Shown here in pieces: positions 51,713 to 64,000 of a stretch of 64,000 nucleotides of DNA. A program made the position numbers and the translations under genes. Each line of letters opens with the position of its first letter. The first letter of the stretch is position 1. The stretch lies in the NCBI GenBank assembly GCA_976551045.1, contig CDPCPM010000005.1:21452001-21516000 (forward strand), written 5' to 3'. The notes beneath the pieces are model-generated. The model ran no database searches. It was not told where the DNA came from and saw nothing but the letters and a program-made list of their open reading frames with translations. This DNA comes from Glaucostegus cemiculus (taxonomy: Eukaryota).

Positions 51713-52010
51713 TTCCCATTATTGAGTGATCTAATACCAGAGGGCATGCATTTAAGCTGAGAGGGCGCAGGTTCAGAACAGACATGAGGGATACGTTTTT
51801 TTACTGAAAGAGTGGTGGATGTCTGGAATGTGTTGCCTGATGGGGCGGTGGAGGCAAGTTCAGGGGGGCTTTTAAGAGGGGCTTGGATGGGCACATGATT
51901 GAGAGGAAAATAGAGTGATATGGGCATCCTGTAGGTAGGAGGGAATAGCTATGTCGGCACAACATTATGGGCAGAAGGGCCTGCTCTGTGCTGTACTGTT
52001 CTATGTTTTA
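51713..52010 (+). mobile_element. CR1-like LINE 3' end
   Basis: ccagagggcatgcatttaag...gaaagagtggtggatgtctggaatgtgttgcctgatggggcggtggaggca (RVVDVWNVLPDGAVEA); tail tgtactgttctatgttttat. Confidence 0.85.
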
Positions 52011-55000
52011 TCTGGTGAAACTACACCAGCTTGTCATTTGGAGTTTTAATTTCCTTTCCATCTCACTTCAGCTGGTATTCACAAGTTTGAAATTAAAATG
52101 CCTTCTGTTGCTTATGATGGCTGTCCAGTCAAATGAATGCTATAGACATCTCCTATCTATCAATTTGTCTTGATAAATAATAGACAAGGCACTATTGTCT
52201 AAATCTTATTTGTCTAAAAGATGCCTACTACCACAGTGAACCACAAATTGGATGGGGTTTTTGTTGAACATTTCATGAAGAATATTGCACTAATTATGTT
52301 GGCTTGATATTTGGCTTGATATGTTGGCAGAGGTTGACATTTACTGGGAGTAAAAAATTGATGTGAATTACATGGAAACAAACCTTATTGCCAAATTACT
52401 CCCAACAGTACATATGATGTCAAAAAAAAGGAAAATCTTACCCAGTTTTGGGATGGTGCCTTTCTCCTACATCTTGTCCTCATTTTACTGACTAGGGAGT
52501 GCTTGATGCTGACATGGTGCAAGATAATAAGATATGGTTCATTCCCTAATTCTGTTACCCTTCACTTTGCTGAAACAAAACTTGAAATTTCCTTGCCTAC
52601 ACAAAAAAATGAAAGATGTAAAGAATGCAAAAACTGACAGGAAAAGAGCAGTAAGTTCTGGAAGTGACGAAAGTGAATTCTTTTTATTGAGGCCCCTAGA
52701 CAAGCCTAGGGTTTTCCATGGAGGTCAAGAGTAAGGTCTCCATATTAAGTAAAGTTTTAAAAATTATAACAATAATAGTTTGCGACATTTCCTTACAGCA
52801 GTGCGAAGTGTTGGCTGTGAGTCCTAAGGCCCTAAGTGCTATGAATTAGACTATGGAAAAATAATAAAACATCCACAGGCTGTATGTGTGAAAGAAATGC
52901 ATTCCACAAAGGCTATGTGGAGCCACACATCTTGCAAAATTATAGCCTTGAGTCTTTAGTCCTTATAGCAAGAAGCTAGGAATTTACTTCCCTTGTAGAA
53001 TTAATTAATGACTGCAGGTATAAAGTGACCATCCACCCTAGATAGGGTCTCCAAATAGCTAAATAGATGATAAGAAGAGCCTTTTCTGTGATTCCCAGGT
53101 TTCCTGATTGTTGATTTTAAAATAGCTGAACACTTCACATAGGTTTTATGTATGAGGGTTAAGCTAGTTGAATTAATACAGAGCATAAAAGCACTGTAAA
53201 TCAAATAATCATGAATTACTGAAAACTGTAAGGGGTTGTCCATAATTCTCATCCTTTTCATAAGAGTAAAATCAGTGCTTATCTCTATATTTCATAAACA
53301 TGCCAAGAAATGATGCATTGATTATTTTATTTGGATAATTAACTGCTGATCATAAATTCTTTTTGTGATAATAATTGTAACTAATTTTGTGTGTCTGTTT
53401 AATTGCTAGACAAATTTTCCATGATTCCCGGGATATATAAATCTTAAGTTTCTTGTTGGTGCTTGCTGGTTTGGTCTCTTCTATTCAATATCCCTGGGTG
53501 TTTTGCAAATACAGTCATGTTCCACAATGCGGAAGCACATTTGAAATGAACCATAAACCTGACACTTGAAATATTTATATTCTAGTATCGAAAACATGCA
53601 TATGCTAGATTTAACAAGTCTCATAATCAAGGGCATGAAAGCAAAATGAAGACCAGAAAAAAAAGTAAGTATATTTTTGTATTGCAACATTCCCCACACA
53701 ATCAATGCAAAGATGATGTAAGATTTTAACTTTTGCTGTCAACAGTTAGCAATTTTTGGAAAAATCTGAAGGTAGTGGTTTGGTTTGGGTGTTTTGCTGT
53801 CTCGAACAGCCTTGTTCTTGTTGAAGATTGTGAATTCCACAATATTAGATTTTAATACCACAATAAGTTGTAGTTATTAGTTTTCAAGACATGAGACATC
53901 ATCATAAATGTGAGCTTTGAATTTAGAAATAAAATTAGATTATTGTAGATGAGATCAAGAGGAAGCGTTCAGATTTGAAACCTTTGTCATTCTCAGTATT
54001 TATTAATAAAGAGGACGTGCCTCCATTTAGCAAGAAAACCCAAAATTAAGACCACAATCTAGATTGTGGATGCAAAGCTGATTCTAGAAGCTATCTGAAT
54101 GGATATGCATATACTTGGTAAGTATTGAAAAAGGACCTTAAAGCTTATCTTTATCGCCTGTCACTGATATTTCTATTAGACTAATTGTGTCTCTGAACTG
54201 TATCAGTACTGGTGCTGAATGTGCCTCAAAAATCTCAAGTAACAGAAACCCGCTAGTGAGCTGCATTTCTGAGAGCATCATAAATTGTGAGGATTGTTGT
54301 TAAGGAGGATCATCATAGATTAATGACTGAATTACAGTTTTCAATTCATTACCACCTATTTGTTATGTAGTGTATGCTATTATTAATGACCTTCCAATGC
54401 AGTTTTGAGTTGTTGGTTATGAGTTTGAGGCAGTGTGACATAGGGCCTAGGTCCCAGAGCATTATTGATGGTGATGGAGAAACTGAAACACAGACCAGCA
54501 TGTGATAGAACATGGATGACAAAGAGCTTTTCGGAACCATTTTATAAATAGTACTTTAAAAAGCACCACCACCGTTTAATTATTCAGATTACCAAATTAG
54601 TGTGGACAGCAAAACTTGCAAATTAAAGCTCTTCTTGAAATACTTAAGCAAAAAAAAATTTAGCCACTTTCATACTTAAATAGCCTATGGAAAGCAAAGT
54701 CTCAGTTGGTAAATAATCACAAAATCATATCACTAAAGCTATGTCTGTCCAAATGTTGGAGCCATCTGAATATCCAAAGTGAAACGTATAAAGCAATCGA
54801 AAAAGATGGAAAGAATATGCATCTGCATAAAAATTATAAACAATAGTCTCTATCATTCCAGTCATTGCTATTTAGTCTCTGCTCTATTTATGGAACTGCA
54901 CTATTAAAAGGAATTATATCCCATCAAGAAAACATGACAGAAAATGAGAAAATATTAGGAAGAATTTAGAAATACGATGAACATTTTGTATTAAATTAGC

Positions 55001-55899
55001 TCATCAAACCACATGCAATTAGCGATGTCTTTAATGTGGAATTAAATTTTCTGGTGCTGCAGTTCTTTCAAGAGTAGTGCAGATATTATAAATCTGAAAG
55101 TGACAATGTACTTGTATGTGTATCATATGATTGGCGAGTAACTCTGTGGGTGATGACAGACTTTGTAATTTGCATGTTGTTAATGGAGGTTGGGGTGGTG
55201 GTATGTATGAGGGTGGGAGGTAGAGAGTTTGGGGGGATGGGGCTGGGTGATGGGTTGGTAGCTAAGTAGCCAGCTAATACACTTAACAGTAAAGTGCAGC
55301 ATCTGCTGGACTGGTATGCAAATAGCAACAAGCTCACTTTCGAGCAGGAGCTTGAAAGCTTCTCGAGAAATGTGGAAATGCTTCAGTCAGTTCCAAATGC
55401 TGGTCTTCACTGCCCAATGCATTGTGTTAATTGATTGTGTTTAATTTATGCAAAGTAGGAACTATTACTCTTCAGTCAAGAAGATTTATTTCATGTTTTC
55501 TTTCTTATTTCTCTTCTTGCAGCTCTGAAATGATATTAACTTCACCCCCACACAGAAAAAAGGGAACAGACTTACCATTTTCCTGGTCCATTTGTCTTTA
55601 CAGAACTTGTCCTGCCTTGTTGGGTAAAAGGGTTTAGATTTAAATGGCGTACTTGTGTAGATGGAAGTGCAGCTGCCAGGTATTGTGATTTCTAAGGTGG
55701 TCTGCAGAAATTACTTGAACCTTTTGGAAACCATACAGCAGGGATCAGATTTCACAAAAAACTGGACATCAGAATGCAAGTCTCCATTTTTAGTTTCCAA
55801 ATCAGTTTCAATTCCAATGCCTCACACATTACTTTTCCAACCAGTTGGAGATTTCAAACAGTGAAGTCAGACATCATGGATAATCCACTGACATAAAAT

Positions 55900-57020
55900 G
55901 TCATCAGTCAATTTGTTAAAGTCTTTCTGTCTTCACCCTCACCAGATAAGCTCCATGTCCATTTGCTGATAAATTCCTCATGGCTCGCAGTTTTACTTTA
56001 TAACTGTTCACCACCACTAATAAGGCAACTCTGATCCATTCCTTTCCCACACTTCCCCATCACCCTACAGAAATGGAGAAAACTCTGCAGCGGCTCCCTT
56101 ACCAATTAATTTCCAAAGCCTTTACCTTTGATGATCCACACTTGTGACAACTTTCCTGCAGCTTTCTTGTCTCTAGCACTGTACTCCTGTCCCCACTCTT
56201 GCCCTGCCCCACCCCACCCCCCACCCCCACATTCCGCCATGTAACCCTTACATTTCCATCTCCAGTTCAGGATTGCAAAACTGAATATAAAAGCTGGCTT
56301 AATCATGAACTGTGAGATCTTGTTTGACCCTGTCAAAGTCCTGCCCAATTTTGCTCCCCTTAGTTTAAAGCCTACAGGTTAGTCTGAAGGAAAGCATAAT
56401 CTCAAGCTTCATTTCCTTTCATGACCATATAACTCTATGGATTCCCCTTCCCCAATTCCTGTTCCCTCATCAGGATCTAATAGATAACTTCATCTCCGGG
56501 CTTCTGAAGTAACATTATCAATATGTCTCATTCCTCAGATGCTGTCCCTTTCGCATTCAGTACTGACATGATAACCCCTCATCAATCCATTCCCTCCCCA
56601 ACAGCCTCCCCAACAACTGCCTCTTCTATAATTTCTCGCTAGGCTTTGGAACATGTCGTCTCACAGTTCCTGCCACTTACTGAACTTCTGAGCCAATAGA
56701 GACAGGTAGCAGATAAAATATTGCATATAGAAAATCAACGCCTTTTCTAATGGAGGATAGTCTATAGAAGAATGGATGACAGGCTAAATGGTCTTGTCTA
56801 ACTCTTAGCTTTCTCATTTTCTTGTGAAATAGATCAGTCCTATCTGAAGTTCTCCATTCAGACTTTCTTCTCAAAGCACCAAAATGAGTCCAGTCAAATT
56901 CATTAGGGTTTGTAATCTTAGCACATGATCTTTCCTCACCTTCCTTGACCATTCTACTGTATTCAATAGGATTGTCTATACAGTCCTCCTCCAACTTTTC
57001 CCCATTATCACAGTGCTTCA
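55900..57020 (-). mobile_element. Possible very old CR1-like endonuclease/linker relics
   Basis: Weak resemblance of minus ORFs 56677-57021 and 56106-56348 to parts of the CR1 endonuclease region. The fragments appear out of order. Confidence 0.3.
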
Positions 57021-57084
57021 AAGGTCATCCATTATTTATAAGTTGGAAATCAATGAAAAAGTTGGATAATATTAACATGACCAG

Positions 57085-57390
57085 GGTCTGACACTCAGCA
57101 GGTCTGGCACTATGCAGGGGAAGAAACAAAGTCAATATTTAAGTCAAGGACTCTTTATCAGAAGTGGATAAGTGAAGAAAGGATTGTGTTCTAAGATACA
57201 GAGAGGAGGGATGGAAAGAAAATAGCTATGACCAAGTTGAGACCAAGGTTGTCCAGGCAATGTATCTGCTTTGGGTGCAGCAATGTTTGGAAACCTGAAG
57301 CAAAAGAAAATAATCAGCAGCTCAAGCAGCTTCTGCAGGGAGAGAAAAACATAATTTATGTTACAGGTGGATGACCATACATTAGATTTG
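57085..57390 (-). mobile_element. Two degraded tandem Penelope-type terminal repeats
   Basis: acactcagcaggtctggcac...gaaacaaagtcaatatttaagtc and tcagcagctcaagcagcttctgcaggggagagaaaaac. Confidence 0.5.
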
Positions 57391-57617
57391 GCAGTTATGA
57401 CATTAACAGAAAAGACTGGTTACTTGAAATTGGGGCTACGTCTGCTAAGATTGATGTCTTTGAGGCTTAGAAATTTGTTTTCATTATAAATTATTCTCAA
57501 TGATCTCTGCAAAATTCATAATGCCAAATTTACTAAAATATATTATTATTCTGCCTTATAACATTGCAGTTTTTAAGAATATCTTATTTTTTCATTGTCC
57601 TAGTAAAAAAGATTCTA

Positions 57618-57820
57618 CCACCTGCCAGGGGAGGTGGCGGAAGCAGATACGGTAGCGACATTTAAGAGCATTTAGACAGATGAACAAGCAGGGAAGTCAA
57701 GGATACAGAGCGTGTTGCAGGCAGATGGGATTACACTGGCACCATGGTCGGTGCAGATGCAATGAAGGTCCAGTTTCTGTACCGTACAGTGCTGTTCTAC
57801 TTTGTTTCTTTTATGTTCTA
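57618..57820 (+). mobile_element. CR1-like LINE 3' end
   Basis: ctgccaggggaggtggcggaagcagatacggtagcgacatttaagag (LPGEVAEADTVATFK) plus a degraded tail. Confidence 0.8.
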
Positions 57821-58417
57821 AATCAGCACTGGTATAATTCATTATCAATTCAACTATTCTTTTTCCCATAAAAATCTGAGCAATTGAAGATTCTTGTAAT
57901 GCCACTCTTTTTCTACCCTTTGATATTATTTTAAAAATTAATTTGCACAATAATTCACATAGCAGCTGAATAACTTCTGCTTCCCACGGTCATACCACTT
58001 TACAAAATGTTTTAGTTGTTCTGAATAGTTACAAGCAAAAAAGATGTCTGCACACAATAATTGATTGCTCAAGGATTTAGTTCAAACCAGTAACATTAAT
58101 ATAACCAAACTAGATTGGTCTGGTTCACAAGAAAATGAGAAAGTCAGCAAGAAGACAAGTCACTCAGTCTATTAAGTTTATTCTTCCATGTTCTATCCCC
58201 CACTACACAGACATTTCTATCAGGTCAGATATCTGGACTGTGAGGGAAAAATCAGATATTTATTTTAACAAGCTATCTGATTTATAAAGGACCTAAATCA
58301 GGAGGAAGAAGGACTTATCTTCTGACAGTTCTGCGCATAGGAAATTCAGAACAAGAATAATGTGGGTGGGTATATTATTAGCAGAATACCTTAATACACG
58401 CTCTTCAAAATCTCTAA

Positions 58418-58725
58418 TAATAAGACAAAGGAGGCCACTTGGTCCATCAGGTCCAGGCCACCTATTATCCCATTATTCCTACTCCTCCTTTCCCAACTTC
58501 CCTGTACCCCTGCAACTTATTCTCTCCCACAGTTGCCCCCTTTGTTTTTACAATTAACCTACACTAGAGGTAATCTGTTGCAGTCCTTCTTTTGGATGTG
58601 GGAGGAAACTGGAGCACCCAGATGAAACACACACAAGCTCCACATAGACTGCACCCAAGGTCAGAATCAAACATGGGTGCCTGGAGCTGTGAGACAGCAA
58701 CACTAACAGCAGCACATCTGTGCCT
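58418..58725 (-). mobile_element. Degraded V-SINE-like element
   Basis: ggatgtgggaggaaactggagcacccagatgaaac is the reverse complement of the V-domain in the SINE at 13413. A tRNA-like head lies near 58660-58725. Confidence 0.75.
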
Positions 58726-59427
58726 TAAATCTTAGGGACCAGAGAAAATAATGTCACTGCTCAGTGGTAAGTTGAGTCCAACTTTCATTTCAGGAAAAAG
58801 ACACAAGAAGTCAAAGGTAGTTTCTGTCCACAAACATAGCATTCTATTTTTTTTTATTGGGCACCTTACCTGAAATTTGGTGCAGAACAGATGTTTCACT
58901 TGGATACGTAAATAGATGTGGAATATTGTGGCTCGTTTAGATAGGAATGGGATTTCTAAGTAACTGAGAAAAATACAAAACTTGCCGTATGTTACACCAT
59001 TTGCTTCCAGCTGTATTATTTCAAATAAAAAGGAGCCACAAATATGCAAAGGTTAATTCTCTGTGCTTCATCTGTTAAGTGTATGTAAAATGCCATTTTC
59101 TAAAGGTTTTTTCTGTTTAAAGAGTACAATTAATAGGTTCTAGCGATATGCCTATTGTCTTTAAACTAAAGATAAAAATATTCTGATGCTGGAAATCTGA
59201 CACAAAAGACTAATTTACATGTACTTCCTCTAATCTAGTAAACTGTACTCACTGCTCACAGAACAATTTCCTCTGCATAGCAGTTAGTAATGAATCAGCT
59301 GCCTGTGATGCATCCCATCCGATTTTCCTTTCTATTGATTTCAATAGAAAAGGAACTGAGGCCCAATGCGTAACAGATCAACTTGCGAACCTCCCATTTG
59401 CACAGAAAGTGAACTCCCCCTGCAGTT

Positions 59428-60136
59428 TCACATTGATGCAATCACGAAGGAGGCTCGCCAGTGGTTCTACTTCATGAGGAGTTCGAGGAGATTTGGTATG
59501 TCACCAAAGACTCCTGCGCATTCCTACAGATGTATGGTGGAGAGCATTCTGACTGGTTGCATCACCACCTGGTATAGAGGCTCCAATGCACAGGATTAAA
59601 AGAGGCTGCAGAGGGTTGTAGACTCAGCCAGCTCCATCACGGGCATAATCCTCCCCACCATCAAGGACATCTTCAAAAGGCGGTGCCTCAAGAAGGTGGC
59701 ATCCATCATTAAGGACCCTCACCATCCAGTACAATACCCTCTCCGTGTTACTACCATTGGGGAGGAGGTACAGGAGCCCGAAAACCCACACTCAATGTTT
59801 CAGGAACAGCTTCTTCCCCTCTGCCATCAGATTTCTGAACAGTCCATGAAAACCACCTCATTATTCCTCTTCTGCATTATTTATTTATTTTTGCGACATA
59901 GTAATTCTTATGTCTTTATGTCTTGCACTGTACTGCTGGCACAAGACAACAAATTTCACAACACACACAAAATGCTGGAGGAACTCAGCAGGTCAGGCAG
60001 CATCTAAGGAGAGAAATAAACATTTGATATTTTGGGTCGAGACCCTTCATCAGGACTGGAAAGGAAAAGGGCAGAAGCCGGAAGCTGTCATGACATATGT
60101 CAGTGGTAATAAACCTGATTCTTATTCTGAGTCTGT
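59428..60136 (+). mobile_element. 5'-truncated Rex1/Babar-like LINE 3' end
   Basis: HIDAITKEARQWFYFMRSSRRFGMSPKT..YRCMVESILTGCITTWY (ORF 59366-59599) and ASIIKDPHHP; ends aataaacctgattcttattctgagtctg. Confidence 0.9.
59958..60080 (-). mobile_element. Penelope-type pLTR fragment inserted in the Rex1-like 3' UTR
   Basis: acacacaaaatgctggaggaactcagcaggtcaggcagcatct...gggtcgagacccttcatcaggactggaaagg; antisense homolog of 85-260. Confidence 0.85.
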
Positions 60137-60469
60137 TTTACTTTTCTTATAGGCACTTGACCACACTTCGTTTGAATATGTGTTTAAGTAACTTTAACCT
60201 TTGGCTTCGTCCTCCATTTGAAACTGCTTGTTTTTCCTTTCCTTCCCTCTCATTTTCTTGCATTTCTTTACTCTTCCCATTCCTTTATCTATTTACAAAG
60301 AACCACATACCAAATGCAACACACACAAATGTAATAGGCTGCTCAGCCCATCCAGCCCACAATAGCATGTATCCTCTTCACAAACAGGCTTCTTAATCTG
60401 ATATCCACTTGATCTCACGTCTCTCTATTCTCTTTTCCTTTCACAACCTCTCAGATCTATTTTGAAATG

Positions 60470-61380
60470 CAGGGCCAAGAGGATCATGCCCATTATCAAG
60501 TCACCTCCCATTGTCTTTCATCCAATTTGGGATGGCATTTGATCGCAGAGGTGCTACACGTATCGGTATGTTAGCCAGATTATTGCGATTAGATCAAAAC
60601 TCCAAATTTGGATCAGACTAGACAATCCCACTTTGGGTATATCCCTCAGCTTTGTATCCAGAATGAGGCACTGACAAATATCCACCCTGATCTTTCAGTC
60701 TAAGTTTATGGGCTTTAAACACAAAACAGCTTTGGTATAACTAGTGGAACTGACATGATTTAGCCTCATTATACTCCTCCAGCCTAGAGGTAGGTGAATT
60801 TTTTTCCAGCATCCACCTTCACCCCTCTGCAGAGTACTTCTGAGCAACAAGGACCCATTGCCCCCAAGCTGAAATCTATCATCACTATTATTTAGAAATA
60901 CAAAGAAGGGACATACCATATTATCACTATTTACTATTCCATTTCGATTGTTATTTTTCTTGAGTCTCTGTGCTTGATGTAGAGGTTTTGTCTTTCCCTT
61001 TCTTGTTTTTCAACATCTTTTATTCAGATTTTGAGGTAAGATGTAAAGACACTTATGTTGTACAAGTATAAAGGAAAATTAGAAGACTCTACTGACTGCA
61101 AGACCAGGATGATCAGTGCCTCCACTTTAAGGCCACTGATGGCCCGAATCACAGAGTGGTTTGGATGCTTATTGCGTGCTGACATTGGTAACCGCTCAAA
61201 CCTGATTGAATTTTTCATCAATCACTTTGATACAGGTTACTGTATGGTCAGAGGATGTAACAGCAGAGATTTGGTCTGTTGCTCAGGGGCAGGGGATAAA
61301 CAAGTTGCCTTTCTTTGCCCTGTTCCACCTTGCATCAATCAGGTGAATGACAGAATGAATGGCACTGAGTTTACTGAATA
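60470..61380 (-). mobile_element. Possible highly degraded L1-clade relic (ORF1 and start of endonuclease)
   Basis: The minus strand gives, in the expected order, NRAKKGNLFI (compare NRSRRNNLRI), W..IMRLNH (compare WNVRGLN), LANI...AP (compare LANIYAP) and MGGDL (compare GGDFN). Each match is individually weak. Confidence 0.4.
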
Positions 61381-62394
61381 TACACTTGAATATTTCTCAT
61401 GTCATATTTAAAGAGACATTGACCAATCCAGACTATTATTCAGAACTATCAAAGTCTAAGCTTCAGATCATAATTTGAAAAGTCAAAGTGGTCTATGTAG
61501 TTTCCTTAAAAAAAAGTCAGCTCAAAGTGCCAAACAGGGATTTTACATTTATCATTGTTTCGATTTCAACAGGCCCTGAATATGACCCAAATGAGAAAGT
61601 GAACTAGATGGGCTGTATGGGACTTTCTCATTACTCTCATATATGTAGATTGATCTACCTATCATCCCTCCGATTTGATGGATGGTTTTACAGCGGAAAC
61701 TAGCTCTTATTTAACATGTGTCACACATGTGCCACCTACTGGCCCCTTATGGAACTCCACTTACCCATGCTTTTATAATAAGCCAGATGTTGCACAAAAA
61801 CTGACATTTCTGTCCATGTAAAAGACTCATTATAAATCGCTTTGAATTACAAAATCTAAGAATTTCTGCATTTCATTAACTCAAAACAAAATCCTTTGTT
61901 TTATTTGCATTCGTTCAAACTTTGGCCTCTGCTTTCTCAGTGCTAAGAGTAATCTAGCTTTCCAGGACAGCCATTAAAATTGGCTAGCAAAAGATTATCT
62001 CACAGCAATCTAAGCAAAGAAATGTAATTATTTTTGTTTTGTGTGTACTTGTTAATTCAAACAAGATTTCATGAGTAAGAAGTAATAAGTCTGCAGAGTA
62101 ACGGTATGCCCAGAACTTCATAATTTATTGAAGGAAGTGGTCACTAAGCTCTTTGTCACAAATGGACTTAATTATTATCTAAGCTGGGTCATTCAGATTC
62201 ATTAGGATAATTCTGATTTTGTTTTATGTTACAATGAAATGAATTAGAGGAAGAAAGGAGCAAATTTCACGATCTACTATAGCACTGTTTTAAATTGAAA
62301 ATTGGACGTGCATTTTACTGAATATGATTAAAAATACATAAAACAGAAAATCCTCAGAATTTAGTGTTCACTGTTCATGTGCATTTATGGAAGT

Positions 62395-62686
62395 TAATCA
62401 TCCCTGCTGACTGGTAGAATCCTTCATCTGTGAACACTCTAAATGGAGAAGGAACACTTGGTATGGGTATTGAGAACCTCAAGTCCATTCATCGGGACCA
62501 CTCAGAAGCTGATGTAGAAAACAGAAGGAGCACACCACCTCCCCCCACCAGTCTCAGCGAGGACCTTCTGCCCCTCCTGTGGCAGAACCTACAGTTCCCA
62601 CAATGGCCTCCTCAGTCACCACAGAACCTGCAGAACTGGAGTGGAAGGAAGCCGTCCTCAATCCCAAGGGACCCCTTTAGAAGAAG
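62395..62686 (+). mobile_element. RTE-clade LINE 3' end
   Basis: Encodes CPSCGRTYSSHNGLLSHHRTC (an RTE C-terminal Cys/His motif) and ends tagaagaag. Inverted homolog of about 63205-63600. Confidence 0.75.
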
Positions 62687-63204
62687 TGAATCATCAATTT
62701 AATCCAATCAATAAATGCATCACAATTTTACTACAGTTTAATTGAATTATATCAATGCTGTTGTTGAGATTCAGCTTTGAAGAGAGCATATTGCTTTATT
62801 CTTTCTGTCTTCCTCCTGTAGTTTATGTGCACTAATGTATCTATATTAACACATTAGAGACAAATTAATTCCTTCTGTGTTTATGCCTAAGTGATAATGG
62901 ATTGGAGAGTCTCTCTTTTATTGGGTTCCAAGGAACAGCACAATAATAATAGTCATCAACAACAGCGAGTGAATTGCCCTGTTTACATATTTGTTAGCAG
63001 GATATTTAAGACCCATATCATTTGAGTGTGCATTTCATAAAATCAAAGGCACAATGCTCAAGTAGAACAGCCTATTTAGTTAGCAGTAACTGACAGTTAT
63101 GAATGTTATTTTACTAAAAGAAAACAGAAGGGAAATGAGTGAATAACAGGCTTATCAACTACTGCCCAATCTGGCATGAAAGGCACTTATCCACACATTA
63201 TTGC

Positions 63205-64000
63205 CCAGTTTGACTCAGGCCATCTCTCAGGATCGAGGATGACTTGTATTCACTCCATTTCTATACGTTCTGGGGTAGCTGAGCAGTGTCATGTGGAATC
63301 TGCATTATCCGCCACAGGTGGGGTAGGAAATGGTTGACAGGTCAGGAAGTGTGGGAGATGGTGCACTATTTCTGCTGTTTGTCCGTGGTCTCATGCCTGA
63401 TCTCTTTGTAGATACTCAAGGTGCTCATTACCTTGTGACGTGCACCTGTGGAGAACGGTATCTCGCTCCTATGCATACTGTGAATGTGTATGCGGCTATG
63501 ACAATAAAACTGATTCTGATCTTCCTGGATCCTCCTCCATTTTGAGCAAGGATTCCACTGAGTCGGAAGAAATGTTAGACTCTTTTGAGGAACATTCAGA
63601 ATCTCCTTGAAGCATTTTCTCTCTCTCCTAGAAATTTCTTGCTGTAATGGTAGAGTCCCCATTTTGAGTGTGAAGAATTGGAAATGTGCCCCTCATTGGA
63701 ACCGATTGAGTGTGATCACTGAATTCGATGCAGGGGGCTTTGGCCTGAAAGGGGACACTGATACATGTTCACCTATCCTGCCAGTCATTTTGAGGGTTTT
63801 GCAGAGGCAATGCTGGTGATAGCTCTCTGGTGTCTTGTAGTGTATACAATACAATGTCCAGGATCTGATCCGTACAAGAGGGCGATGATCACTGCTGTTC
63901 AGGTGACCCTGAACTTTATGTTGAGTTTAAGGTTTTGGTCTTCGAATGCTCTTTTGCTCAGTTGGCCAGAGGTAACAAGAGTGCACATTGCTGGTTAAAA
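63205..64000 (-). mobile_element. RTE-clade (BovB-like) LINE 3' part, extending beyond the window
   Basis: The minus strand reads GQLSKRAFEDQNLKLNIKFRV*TAVIIALLYGS..., then YHQHCLCKTL and RRERKCFKEIL, resembling the RTE ORF2 C-terminus. Confidence 0.8.
63432..63520 (+). mobile_element. Short (ATTCTG)-tailed LINE 3' fragment nested in the RTE element
   Basis: gacgtgcacctgtggagaacggtatctcgctcctatgcatac...gacaataaaactgattctgat; same family as 46323-46500. Confidence 0.75.

Noticed and set aside
1-64000. Prokaryotic-type systems (CRISPR arrays, operons, defence islands)
   Set aside because: The sequence is vertebrate-like, with no long ORFs, no cas-like proteins and no identical repeats with unique spacers.

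Overview
This is AT-rich, CpG-depleted eukaryotic (vertebrate) DNA. Its repeat families resemble those I recall from cartilaginous fishes (sharks/rays); that assignment is inference from family recognition, not a database hit. No intact protein-coding gene is recognisable: the ORF track consists of short spurious ORFs or broken retroelement ORFs. Most of the window is a mosaic of decayed mobile elements: CR1-, L2-, Rex1/Babar-, RTE- and L1-like LINEs, Penelope-like elements, tRNA-derived SINEs and a Harbinger Myb/SANT relic, often nested. A CpG-enriched, repeat-poor block at about 27-30.5 kb looks regulatory. The most notable structures are: (1) a 306-bp, nearly perfect inverted copy of local unique sequence pasted into the 3' end of a Rex1-like LINE 871 bp away; (2) a dispersed family of Penelope terminal repeats carrying decayed minimal hammerhead-ribozyme motifs, some in palindromic pairs; (3) a foldback-like ~19-bp minisatellite that reverses orientation around a central palindrome; (4) a ~165-bp palindromic element at 22.1 kb; (5) several weak candidate spliced exons. 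Element boundaries were estimated by eye and family names need confirmation by search.
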